From NCBI GenBank assembly GCA_964016885.1, contig OZ024741.1, forward strand, positions 373,364,001-373,428,000: a DNA stretch of 64,000 bases, given 5' to 3'. Below, one piece after another: positions 1 through 13,211 of this stretch. Positions within the stretch are counted from its first letter, which is position 1. Each line of letters begins with the position of its first letter. The notes beneath the pieces are model-generated. The model had not been told where the DNA came from, ran no database searches, and saw only the letters and a list, made by a program, of their open reading frames with translations. A program made the position numbers and the translations under genes. The stretch comes from Eledone cirrhosa (Eukaryota).

Positions 1-610
1 TAACAACAAACACATATAAACACACACTAATAAACTAAGATAGAATACAATAACCAAAACACATACACCCAAACGCGAACACATACACCAAATACTATAC
101 ACACATGCAAACGCATGCGCAGAGATGGAGACAAAAATAAATAAATAAATAAATAGATAAAATAAAAATGGTGTAGACATTACAATACATACAATACAGC
201 AGGGGAAACATGATAATGGTACCACTGATGATGTTGCAGATGTGCAACGAAAGAACTTTATTAGACTATTTGTATCTGTATTTCTGACCGTTGGTCAGTC
301 AGTGATAAACATTGATGACCAAATGAATTAACTTTGGAGATATAAAAAATGCAGAAGCAAAAACCAACCAAACAGTGAGTGTGTTCTGTTATTATTTCTG
401 GCAATATTATTACAACAATATAACAATAATATTATAAATTGTACATACTGCTTGTGTGTATTTTCATCTTTATATTCTCTCTCCCTTCATAGTCAGCCTA
501 TGAACATTTAAGCTAATCCTTATATGTGTGAGTATATATATATTCGGATCTAGCTGTCAAAATGGCCAGAGCTCAGCCGTAGGGATCCTGAATCTTTTCC
601 TTATATATAT

Positions 611-932
611 ATATTAATTCAAAATATTAACAAAAATAGACATTCGTGTGATCAACTATATTTTATGATACATATTTCAGAGGTACTGAGCTATCTTCAA
701 CAGTACGTCCTCATCAGATAAAATAAGATGATGCATGACATACCCTGAGAGGACGTACTGTTGAAGATAGCTCAGTACCTCTGAAATATGTATAATAACA
801 TATATTTGATCACACGAATGTCTATTTTTGTTAATATTTTGAATTAATATTAATAACTCCGGAAAACCATTACTGTGGAGTGCTTCTAATCTATTGTAAA
901 ACTTTATTCTTTGAACCTTGTTTAACCTTTAA
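611..932. mobile_element. HHR-bearing fold-back mini-element (PLE pLTR-like) in (TA)n
   Basis: Inverted arms 611-717 and 745-850 with a ~27-nt spacer; flanked by (TA)n on both sides; HHR motif in the left arm. Confidence 0.75.
659..725 (-). ncRNA. Type I minimal hammerhead ribozyme
   Basis: Minus strand reads tattttat-CTGATGA-g ga c gtactg..cagtac c tc t-GAAA-tatgta-TC-ataaaata; 8-bp stem I, intact core, predicted AUC cleavage site. Confidence 0.8.
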
Positions 933-947
<15 letters not shown>

Positions 948-964
<17 letters not shown>

Positions 965-967
965 GGA

Positions 968-1022
<55 letters not shown>
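948..1022. repeat. (GA)n microsatellite
   Basis: Direct inspection. Confidence 0.95.
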
Positions 1023-1027
<5 letters not shown>

Positions 1028-1568
1028 CTATTGTTTAGAGAGTTTTCTTACCACTTGTTAATTATCACACTGCACACACACACGCAAGCACATACACACA
1101 TACACACACACACACACAACGATATTAATATGCAACAAGGTGCTCAATACGTTTTAAAAACAGAGTACACACATTTGTTTATTCAAATATCAACCTTACA
1201 TTATTTCAAGTATTTCAACTTCATAGGTCACACTGATATAAAAATATTGCACATTGTTTAAGTAAATAGAATCATAAAAAACACAAAAACCAAAGCAATC
1301 GAACAGAAGTATGTATAAAAAACAAATACTTGAGAAATAATATAAAGTGCTTTTGTATAATGGGTTTACCAACTTTACTATATAACTAAGCCAAATATTG
1401 ATTTTATTAGGATGAAATAAATATCTAGTGAAAATGCCAAAAATAGGAAGAGGTTAGAAAGGATTCAGATAAAGAAGGAAGAAAAGATAGAAAGAATGAA
1501 GAAGAAGGGCTCATGTGTCACCTGACTTAACTAAACTAAGGTTAGAATATTTAACAACATCAAGCATT

Positions 1569-2049
1569 TTAACCCTTTTGGTATCAACCCAGCTGAAACA
1601 GCCCCGGATTTGATAAAACAATTTATTTTAATATATTCATACTTAAATTAAAACGTTCTATCATAATTTTGTTTAACCTTTTAGAATTTAAACCGGACAT
1701 ATCTGGCCAGAATTCTCTCACCTAGCTTCTGTTCAGACCGGCCATAGCTGGCTGCTCTTACTGGCATTAAGATAGTGTTCTCAAATAAATAACATCAACA
1801 TCTTGTAGATTCGATATTATGTGCAATAATTATGTAAGATAAAGTCTTTAACACAAAAATACAATTGTATATATATATAAATATAGAGTAATGTAAATGC
1901 TAAAAGGTTAAGATATTTTTGTGAAGTAATGTTTTAAATACCATCTTACTAACGAAAAGGTTTGCTATCTCATTAAATTCAAATTTTCACAACTAATTGA
2001 GGCACATAGGCACTGTATTTTATTATAAATATGGTAACAAAAGGGTTGA
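1569..2049. mobile_element. TTAA-flanked piggyBac-type MITE with a second MITE nested at 1673-1911
   Basis: Outer ends TTAA-CCCTTTTG ... CAAAAGGG-TTGA; inner ends TTAA-CCTTTTAG ... CTAAAAGG-TTAA; inner family recurs at 18507-18727 and 44403-44754. Confidence 0.6.
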
Positions 2050-2704
2050 AGCTATTTTCCAGGCTTCTTAGTCAACACTGCTCAGATGCCCTTAGTCATA
2101 TCTTACAGTGTGCCCATTCTTAACCAGACACATGCAGTATTTTATCATAGCTTATTCTAATATTTAATCAAGAAATTGATTTATAGATTGTAATGTATAC
2201 AGATTGATTCAATATTAATTAGTGTAGAAATGAAATAGCATCTAAATTAATGTGCATTTTTTTAAAATTGGATAATTATTAATTCACTGATAAATAACAA
2301 GTAATGAATCAATAACAATTTCATAATAGCATCTTTAATATTTGTTTCTAACATAAATCAATAATATAGATGTATTGACGGCAAAACATTGTTGATTAAA
2401 TATTAAAACATTAACATTCCTCACTATAGTTTAAATATACATATGAAATTGTTAATATGTATATGATCAGTTTCAGTCCTTAGATTGTGGCCATGATGGG
2501 ACACTGCTTTAAAAGAGATTTTGGTTGATAATATCGATCATGGAACTTATTTTTTAAAAGTCTGGTATGTATTTTATTAATATCTTTTTGTTGAACTACT
2601 ATGTCACGGGACAAAGATAGATATAAATTTAAATACAGACTTGGAGAGACACACACATACACACACTTACCCACACTTGTGTGTATATGTGTCAGCTCAT
2701 ATGA

Positions 2705-2915
2705 TGAGGGTTAGAGTTGTTCAAACAATGGACCAGCCTGCTTGTGAAATTACAGATACAGTCCATCTGATGGGCTTCCCAAAAATTTCTGTCCACTTGC
2801 AAGGTATGGGTCAACCTGAGGCTATTGTAAATAACACTTGCTCAAGATGCCATGCAATGGGATAAACTCAAGACCAAATGATTGTGAAGCAAACTTCTTA
2901 ACTATTCAGCCATGA
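2705..2915 (-). mobile_element. Degenerate SINE
   Basis: Contains acacttgctcaagatgcc...ttgtgaagcaaacttcttaac, resembling a reversed tRNA-derived head; similar segment near 31050-31150. Confidence 0.45.
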
Positions 2916-3579
2916 TACAAGCTACAACTACATGTCTCATGTCTCCTATAGACTGTCCTGGATATATATATATATATATTAATAATAAATACAAAGACCA
3001 AAATCCAAAGAGGGCTCGATAAGTGTTGTATATGTATAAGTATATATAAATCAGTAGAGCAAATGAGTTTCAGAAGATCCCATATAGAGTGAAAGCAGAA
3101 ATTCTGTGCTTAAATTTTAATCTCTACTAATAATAAAAAATATATATATATATATATATATTTGTATGTATGTATAAGGTAAACAGAAATAACACAATCA
3201 GTACAGTATATGGAAGGAATATATTAGTTTAAATATATATAATATTATTGTTATCATCACCATTTTATGTCTATCTTCCATGTGTGCATAAGTTAGAGAT
3301 GTCACAATCTAAAGCTAGAGAGGTCAGATGACTGTCTCCTTCAAACATTGATGACTTTTCTAATGACAACCCCTTCACTGTGTGTACTGAGTGTATTTTA
3401 TTGTGGCAAAACCACTACCAACTGATAGTGGGTCTGTATGGGAGCATGTGAAAGTATATGGCTTAGGAGATAGGGGTTTCACTCACAATCATAAGGTTAT
3501 GAGCTCAATTTCTGGTGGTATGTCTTGAGCAAGACACTTGTACCGATAATTCAAAGTTCCATCCTCATTCACTTCTAGA

Positions 3580-3890
3580 CTCACCAGACCAATCCAGATC
3601 TGATCAGATGAAACCAGGCCAGATCAGATCTGACCTGACAAAACCAGAGCAAACCACATCTGACCTGCTGAAACCAGACGAAACCAGATTTGACTTGACA
3701 AAACCAGACCAAGCCAAAATTTACCAGAACAAATCATACAATAACATACCAGACCAGTTCTGAATTCACCAAACTAAATCAGACCAAATCATACAATACT
3801 ATATTAGACCAGATCTGACTTCACCAAACCAAACCAGACAATACTAGACCAGATCAAACCAAACCCAAGCAAAACAAACCCAAGTCAATC
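3580..3890. repeat. Degenerate CCAGA/CCAAA-based minisatellite (~30-bp period at 3600-3720)
   Basis: Repeated tgacctga..aaaccaga units. Confidence 0.8.
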
Positions 3891-4059
3891 TTGAGTCTTG
3901 GTCATCTTTGAAAATAAAGGATGTAGAACATGTATACCATCAGTACATAAGTGTGTGTGTACGTATATATATATTATAGGTATGTACACACATTATATAT
4001 ATGTGTGTGTGGTGTGTGTATGGGTGTGAATATATATATATATATATAAACTCACACAA

Positions 4060-4166
<107 letters not shown>

Positions 4167-4859
4167 AACACATGCACACATAACAGACATATATATAACT
4201 GATATTCATCTAGAGTGTTAATTCATAAGTCTGGGTTTTGAAAGAAATGAAAGCACTTTTAATTTACAAAGTGCAATCGAAAATCTTGATCGTTGGATTT
4301 CGATAGCCGACAGAACAGATTTTTCTTGTTCAAAAGTAGAACATCTAAGGTTTTAAGAATCTTTAGATCATGTCTTTCAGATGTCAAGCAAATTATTAAT
4401 GCAAATATTAATATTCTTCCATCATAACTAAATTACTTCTTTATTAAATTATAATCAATTTATTATCTATGTCTCCACTAGTCAATTATGTAAATCTATT
4501 ATTCTTATTATTATTCTCCTACCACCACCACCCCTCTCTGCTACATCCTGATCCATATTTTCTTCATTATCATCATCATCATCATCATTATCTTTTTATA
4601 TTATATCCCCCCCCCCACGTGCTCATAATTTTACTCCTCTTCCTCCTCATCTCACCACCACCACTACCAACCTTCTCTGCCACATCCAGATCCATATCAT
4701 CATCATCTTTCATTATCTTCTTTATTTATTGTACCCCCTCCCTCTCATCATTTCTCTTCCCTTTCTCTCCCCCCCCCCCCTTCACTCTTTGACTGTCTTC
4801 ATCTTCCTTTCGTTTTCACTTTCTTTACTTTCTCCTTTTGCCTTCGGCTACTCCTCCTC

Positions 4860-5290
4860 TGCACCACCCTTTATATGTTCCTCTCCCATGCCTTCTATCC
4901 TCCTCCTAATCCCCACCCAACTTTCACCTCCTCCTCCCATGCCTTCTATTCTTCTTCTCCTCATCAGCTTCACCCCAACTTTCACCCCTCTCCCACACCT
5001 ATCCTCCCCTCCTCATCATCACTCCAACCTTCACCTCACATCCTCCCATGCCTTTTATCCTCCTCCTCCTTGCCCCAATTTTCACCTCCCCTCCCACACC
5101 TATCCTCCTTCTTACCCCAACTTTCACCTCTCCCCCTCCCATGGCTTTTATCCTCCTCCTAACTTTTACCTCCTCTCTCACATCTATCCTCCCTCTGATC
5201 AACATCATCACTCCAACTTTCACCTCTCCTCCTCCCACGCCTTTTATCCTCCTCCTCCCCCCACACCTATCCTCCCCAACCCTCCCCCCT
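4860..5290. repeat. C/T-rich imperfect tandem repeat
   Basis: Recurrent ccaactttcacctc..cccatgcctt(c/t)tatcctcctcct units. Confidence 0.8.
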
Positions 5291-5877
5291 ATCCAATCAA
5301 TAGATAGTTGTCTGGGATGTAATTACACTTTTACCAGTCTGTTCAGCTAAATTACACAAGTTCTCAATTGAACATTTTAGATCAACAAACTTGTGGATTG
5401 ATTATTTCCATAGATCCTACAGATCTATCACAATAGCAACTTTCATATTTGTTGTTGTTGTTGTTATTGTCATCAACATCATTGTCAAAGCCAGCGTCCT
5501 TGTTATAATCATCATCATCATAAATCATTATCAATGTTCTAATGCAAGAGTTTCCAATTAGGTTGAACAGCAACAGGCAAATTGGAAATTCTTGCATATT
5601 GATGATGATGATGATGATGATGATGATGTCACTGTTGAGATTCCTCTACCTAGGTCTGATTTACACCTTTGAGACTGGTATATATATAATGTGGTTGGTG
5701 TTAGGAAGGGCATCCAGCTGTAAAATCCCCAGCCAAATTTACAGTCCTCATCGGAGCAAGGTATGGCATGGCCAAGTCTGGCCAGACTTGTTTCCCAACG
5801 TGGACGACCTGTCTAACCCATGCAAGCATCGAAAAATGGACACTAAACGGTGTTGATGATGATGATTATATATATAT

Positions 5878-6216
5878 GGAGGCACATGGCTTAGTGGTTA
5901 GAGCATTGGCTTTGCAATCGAAAGGTTGTGAGTTCAATTCTCAGACCGGGTGATGTGTTGTTTCCTTGAGCAAGACACTTTATTTCACAGTTTACTCAGC
6001 TGTAGAAATGAGATGATAGGGACTGGTGTCCCTATCATTCCACTGCAAAGTGGTCGTGGAGGTGCCACGGCAGAAAAGCACCCAGCACTCAATGTAAATG
6101 AGGTTAGTGTTAGGAAGGGCATCCAGCTGTAGAAATCAAGCCAGACTCAGTCCCGTCCCACCCTTGCAAGCAGGGAAAAGCGGACATAAAAATGATGATG
6201 ATGATGATGATGATGA
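5878..6216 (+). mobile_element. tRNA-derived SINE with RTE-type 3' tail
   Basis: A-box-like TGGCTTAGTGG, B-box-like GAGTTCAATTC, then gttaggaagggcatccagctgtagaaa tail and (GAT)n; homologous copies at 27479-27770 and 40928-41315. Confidence 0.8.
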
Positions 6217-6242
6217 TATTACACAGAAAGAGAGAAAGAGAG

Positions 6243-6475
6243 AGAAGTAGTTCCACAACAGTTAGTTCACCATTACAGAGAACAATTGTTTCACCTTATT
6301 CGGATCATCAGCTCGGTCTAAATGAGGTTGTTTGGAAAAGGAAAAACAATTGTACAGTGAAACAATTGTTCACAGTAATGGTGAACTAACTGTTGTGGAA
6401 CCACTTCTACCAAGCTTGCCCCATAAACTGAGTGCTCTACTAATACAGATTTAACCCACCAGTATTTAACTATTA
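6243..6475. mobile_element. HHR-bearing fold-back mini-element
   Basis: Inverted arms 6243-6294 and 6357-6408, both containing GAAACAATTGTT; downstream GAGTGCTCTA at 6430-6439; ends in (TA)n. Confidence 0.7.
6278..6314 (-). ncRNA. Type I minimal hammerhead ribozyme (short stems)
   Basis: Minus strand reads gag-CTGATGA-t cc gaataa gg t-GAAA-caattg-TT-ctc; palindromic stem III. Confidence 0.6.
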
Positions 6476-6635
6476 TATATATATATATGGTAGATATGTA
6501 TGTAACTAGTTACAGGTGGCTCGTTAGTTAAAGCAATCAATACTGTTACAAGGTTCCATCTTGAGTAGGATTGATATTTCAGTGTACTCCAGGTTTAAGA
6601 CGGCTGTAATGTGTAAGAATGTAAAAACAAGTATG

Positions 6636-6792
6636 CAGGAATGAAGTCAAGGTTGCACAATATATGAATTTTATTGTATATAATTGTTTCAACATTGATC
6701 ACCTATATGACCAAACCCTGAGCTAATCAATATTCAAACAATTGTCATATACATTCAAGTTCATTTATGGAGCAACCTTGACTTCATTCCTG
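6636..6792. repeat. Fold-back inverted repeat carrying HHR 3' halves
   Basis: caggaatgaagtcaaggttgc ... gcaaccttgacttcattcctg; (g/c)AAACAATT on each arm facing the centre. Confidence 0.65.
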
Positions 6793-6799
6793 TTTACTG

Positions 6800-7810
<1,011 letters not shown>

Positions 7811-7812
7811 CA

Positions 7813-8172
7813 AATGAGATCGTGTAGGTGTCACGACAAAAAAAAACACACAGTCCACGCTGTAAATGTGGCCGTGTAGGCAACACGGTAAAAACCTCCC
7901 AGCCCCACACTGTAAATGTGGTTGGTGTTAGGAAGGGCATCCAACTGTAGAAAACCCGCCAGACAGTCCACGCTGTAATGTGGCCGTGTAGGCAACACGG
8001 TAAAAACCTCCCAGCCGCACACTGTAAATGTGGTTGGTGTTAGGAAGGGCATCCAACTGTAGAAAACCCGCCAGACAGTCCTATGCGAGCAAGACAACCA
8101 CTCTTGCCTCAAGTGGGAAAACCCCCGTCCAAACCCATGCAAGCGTGGAACACGGACGCTAAACCTGATGAT
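7813..8172 (+). mobile_element. RTE LINE 3' UTR fragment with internal ~112-bp tandem duplication
   Basis: Near-identical to the reverse complement of 8317-8575; ends in gatgat. Confidence 0.8.
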
Positions 8173-8214
8173 ATAAATATATATATATATACATATAAAT
8201 ATATATATATATAC

Positions 8215-8254
<40 letters not shown>

Positions 8255-8316
8255 GTATATATATGTATATATATATGTATATATATATATATGTATATAT
8301 ATATATGTATATATAT

Positions 8317-9469
8317 CATCATCATCATCATCAACGTTTAACGTCCGTGTTCCACGCTTGCATGGGTTTGGATGGGGGTTTTCCCACTTAAGGCAAGAGT
8401 GATTGTCTTGCTCGCATAGGACTGTCTGGCAGGTTTTCTACAGTTGGATGCCCTTCCTAACACCAACCACATTTACAGTGTGGGTCTGGGAGGTTTTTAC
8501 CGTGTTGCCTACACGGCCACATTACAGCGTGGACTGTGTGTTTTTTTGTCGGGACACCTACATGATCTCATTTGTTTCGGCCTGGATGGTGTGGCACCAA
8601 CATAACTTTACATAGAAGGGGGCGGTGTGGATGGGGTGGGATGGGGGTGTATTTTGTTAGAGATGCCTACTGACTGTAGTAGGTTTTACTATGTATTTAG
8701 GTAAGGCGTGTCTTCTCTATTACTGAGTACCGCCAAAGGTCTCGGTCCAGTGACATTGTCTTGGAGAGGTGTAAGTGTGTGAGGTCGGAGTTTATCAGCG
8801 TCTGCCTATTCCGTGGCTACCGTCTATCTTTATTGCCCTGCACTTTGTTATACAGCTATCGTCTTTCATGCGCATCACGTGTCCATACCAACGTAGCCTT
8901 CTCTCGAGTAAACAACATCTGATCCCTCTTATTTCTAATTTTTTCCTTAGTTCGTTTATGCTTTGCCGTTCACGTATATTACTATTACACATCCAGCAGA
9001 GCATGCAAGCTTCGTTCCTCTCTAGTCTGCGTATATCCTCTGCACACAATGCCCAGGTCTCACTGCCATGCAACATTGCTGTTCGTATGCAGGCATCATA
9101 CAACCTGCCTTTCATTTTTAGGGAGAACCCTTTAGCGGCTAATAGTGGTATAAGCTCTCTGAACTTTTTCCATCCAGTTCTGACTCTAGCTACTGTACTT
9201 TCAGAGCACCCTCCCCCACTGCTGATTTTGTCACCCAGGTAACGGAAGCTGTCCACTATTTCTATAGAGCCCTCTGCGCAGTTGAAAGAGCTAGTATTTT
9301 GTGGGCACTTGCTGCTACTTATTGAACCAGAGCACCAGCCACAGACAAAATCTATGTTCTTAGTTAGCTTACCTGTGATCCCACTACATCTTTTATGCAC
9401 CCATACTTTGCATTTCTGACACAAAATGGAGTTTCTACCTACGCCTTTCCTACACACTGAGCATGGCCA
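8317..9469 (-). mobile_element. 5'-truncated RTE-clade LINE (RT C-terminal part + 3' UTR)
   Basis: ORF 8795-9457 with IEIVDSFRYLG, LHGSETW and RLRWYGHVMRM motifs; (GAT)n tail; matches 62700-64000. Confidence 0.9.
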
Positions 9470-9659
9470 CTGTATATATATATATATGTATATATTTATA
9501 TATATATATATTTATATATATATATACATATAAATATATATATATATACATATATATTCATATAAATATATATATATACATATATATATACATATAAATA
9601 TATACATATATATATATACATATATATATATACATATATACATATATAAACAATATGCC

Positions 9660-9940
9660 CCCCCCCCCACCGCAAGGTGGTCGTGGAGGTGCCACGGCAA
9701 AAAAGCACCCAGCCCACACTGTAAAGTGGACGTGTAGGCGCCACGAAAAAGCACCCAGCACTCACTGTAAATGAGGTTGGTGTTAGGAAGGGCATCCAGC
9801 TGTAGAAATCAAGCCAGATCAGTTCCTGTATGAGCAAGGCATGGTCAGCCGACCAGACACTGCCCACAACAGGACAACCCGTCTAACCCATGCTAGCGTG
9901 GAAGAACGGACGTAAAACGGTGATGATGATGATGATGATG

Positions 9941-9941
<1 letters not shown>
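9660..9941 (+). mobile_element. SINE/RTE 3' tail fragment
   Basis: Shared gttaggaagggcatccagc...ctaacccatgctagc...(GAT)n tail. Confidence 0.75.
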
Positions 9942-9989
<48 letters not shown>

Positions 9990-10239
9990 CATATATATAT
10001 ATATACATATATATATATACATATATATATATACATAGTATTAAGGATACTATTTATGGTTATGTATATACTAAAACCTTTTATAGTTATATATATATTA
10101 TACCCTAAATAGTGAAAGACAGTAATTTATTACTATCTTATTACCAGTAAGATAAATAGCTCAATGTAACAACATCAGTTGTTTTACAGAGCAGTTATAT
10201 AGATATTACATGAAACAAAGTTCTGTTTAAATCATTTAT

Positions 10240-10288
10240 TTGCTTACAATTGTTTCTTCCAAAGCGAGGTTTGGAGTCTTCGGAGCAA
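10240..10288 (-). ncRNA. Type I hammerhead motif, CCGAAGA core variant
   Basis: ttgct-CCGAAGA-c tccaaa..tttgga a-GAAA-caattg-TA-agcaa on the minus strand. Confidence 0.65.
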
Positions 10289-11421
10289 TTATTCAGTGAT
10301 TTTTAACATACTTGACCTCCTTTTCAACACAAGAGACATATAGAAACATATGTATATATTGACCCACAGTGGGTTGACATCCATTAAAATAATATAGCAT
10401 GGTAATTTACATACAAAGATTACAGTCATATTAAAGGACAAAATTAAAGTTAAAATTAAAATAAAACATTGGCAGTCTACTAAGATAAAGCAAAAGGAAA
10501 GTTTGGAGTAGCCAGTGTATGCAACAGTCACACGTGTGGCATGCACGCAATTCCTATTTATACAAGATTATAGTGCGGCAGATTGTTACAAGTAAAACAA
10601 GCAGTCAAAGCAGGCAATCAAGAGCATCATGGGGGCTGAACTGGTAAAGCATTATTCACACACACCTGTACGATATAGAAGCCCGTGTGTGGAGAAACAC
10701 CAAAAATATCAAAAATATTATAAATGAGAAGCAAAACAGAACACTGTCCTCGTACACACCACCACTCTCACAATCCAGGAAACACAATTTATAGACTACA
10801 TGTCCATCTCACAATCCACGATGATTCAACATTGGGTGCCTGGTGAACCATGCTAGAACATCACAGCTTGTCGTTCTTTAATTCGATTCTATAGAGCAGT
10901 TTGTTTTTGTTGTGAGAGATGACATCGTATTATATTCCGGAAGTGTGTGTGTGATTAAGGGGAGTTAATGCGTAAGGGGAGGGAACTAGCTGATTTCTAT
11001 AGCTAAATTTGTTATCCTAAAGTACATTAATGGTGTATCAAATGAGTTCTCATCATATAAGGTTATAAACAATTTCTAAATTTAAGTATCATATCTATAA
11101 ATTACAGTGTAGTCTATCAAGAAGTACTAAAGGTGTTCATAATCTTGTATAAATAGGACACGCATGCATGCCACACGTGTGACTGTTGCCTACACTGGCT
11201 ACTCCAAACTTTCCTTTTGCTTTATCTTAGTAGACTGCCAATGTTTTATTTTAATTTTAACTTTAATTTTGTCCTTTAATATGACTATAATCTTTGTATG
11301 TAAATTACCATGCTATATTATTATAATGGATGTCAACCCACTGTGGGTCAATATATACATATGTTTCTATATGTCTCTTGTGTTGAAAAGGAGGTCAAGT
11401 ATGTTAAAAATCACTGAATAA

Positions 11422-11470
11422 TTGCTCCGAAGACTCCAAACCTCGGTTTGGAAGAAACAATTGTAAGCAA
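11422..11470 (+). ncRNA. Type I hammerhead motif, CCGAAGA core variant
   Basis: ttgct-CCGAAGA-c tccaaacc tc ggtttgga a-GAAA-caattg-TA-agcaa. Confidence 0.65.
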
Positions 11471-11509
11471 ATAAATGATTTAAACAGAACTTTGTTTCAT
11501 GTAATCTCT

Positions 11510-11639
11510 CTCTATATATATACATATATATATATTCATATACATATATATATACATATACATATACATATATATATATAAATAAATATAAATATATATA
11601 TAAATATATATATACATATAAATATATATATATATATAC

Positions 11640-11670
<31 letters not shown>

Positions 11671-11729
11671 AATATATATATATACATATAAATATATATA
11701 TATACATATAAATATATATATATATATAC

Positions 11730-11786
<57 letters not shown>

Positions 11787-11959
11787 AATATATATATATA
11801 CATATAAATATATATATATACATAAATATATATATATACATATAAATATATATATATACATATAAATATATATATATACATATAAATATATATATATACA
11901 TATAAATATATATATATACATATAAATATATATATATACATATAAATATATATATATAC

Positions 11960-12008
<49 letters not shown>

Positions 12009-12131
12009 CATATATATATACATACATATATATATACATACATATATATATACATACATATATATATACATACATATATATATACATACATATATATATA
12101 CATATATATATATATACATATATATATATAC

Positions 12132-12162
<31 letters not shown>

Positions 12163-12321
12163 CATATATATATACATATATATATACACATATATATATA
12201 TACATATACATATATATATATACATATATATATACATATAAATATATATACATATATATAAATATATATACATATATATACATATATATATACATATATA
12301 TACATATATATACATATATAC

Positions 12322-12371
<50 letters not shown>

Positions 12372-12659
12372 ATATATACATATATATATATACATATACA
12401 TATACATATATATATACATATACATATATACATATACATATACATATATATACATATACATATATATATACATATACATATATATACATATACATATACA
12501 TATATATACATATATATATACATATACATATATATATATATACATATATACATATACATATATACATTTACATATATACATATATACATATATACATATA
12601 TATACATATATACATATATATACATATATATATACATATATACATATATATACATATAC

Positions 12660-12703
<44 letters not shown>

Positions 12704-12717
12704 ATACACATATATAT
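11510..12717. repeat. 1.2-kb compound (TA)n/(TATACA)n microsatellite
   Basis: Direct inspection. Confidence 0.95.
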
Positions 12718-13028
12718 CTTTGAGTATATGTTGGTTGATGATATGCAGATTAGAGCACTCAATGAAATGCGCAGTAGGGTCTGTTTGCTCCAGAGTAACT
12801 GAAAGTATATCTTTCAGTTCCTTTGAGGACTAACACCACACTCTGGATCTGAACATATCAACGAATTAACAAGGTAAAATCTATTCCAACATCATGTTTC
12901 CCTGTTTAAGTTCTAACTGCCTGATGAGGTCATAGCTGTTGAATAATGTTGAATCAACGAAATATATATAACAGCATATATGAATAAACGAAATTAATTT
13001 TAACTTGTTGACTTACACTTCTTGTTTA
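12718..13028 (+). mobile_element. HHR-bearing mini-element in (TA)n (HHR motif 12917-12974)
   Basis: ctgc-CTGATGA-..gttga..tcaac-GAAA-tatata-TA-acag; stem I has a C.A mismatch; antisense GAGTGCTCTAATC motif at 12748-12760. Confidence 0.55.
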
Positions 13029-13211
13029 TATATATATTATATTATATATATATATATATACTATCTCGAAAATTAAGGACATTTAATTAAATCTAAGGTA
13101 AAAGACTAATTGTCAACAATATCTTTTGCATTTGCATTCTATATTCTATGTCCATACCTGCATTGTTTTGGCTTTATTATACATATACAAACGTTTATAC
13201 CTCATTACACA

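Larger units (their letters stand above)
10205..11505. mobile_element. Long inverted-repeat element (~367-bp arms, ~570-bp spacer) with an HHR motif near each outer end
   Basis: Arms 10205-10571 and 11139-11505 are nearly identical reverse complements (mirror-image ORFs in the track); right end runs into (TA)n. Confidence 0.85.

Noticed and set aside
4230-4356. Short open frame LGFERNESTFNLQSAIENLDRW
   Set aside because: Short, with no recognisable homology or splice sites
4469-5350. Pro/His/Ser-rich ORFs
   Set aside because: Low-complexity C/T tandem repeat open in several frames
5542-5597. Small hairpin atgcaagagtttccaatt/aattggaaattcttgcat
   Set aside because: No HHR core; flanked by (ATC)n and (GAT)n, so more likely two opposed retroelement tail ends
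5878-5950. tRNA gene
   Set aside because: A/B boxes continue into a multicopy SINE body, so this is a SINE head rather than a tRNA
10289-11421. Two nearly identical 85-aa ORFs on opposite strands
   Set aside because: A consequence of the inverted repeat; no recognisable domain, so not supported as genes
11367-12709. ORFs of 343-409 aa
   Set aside because: Microsatellite artefacts
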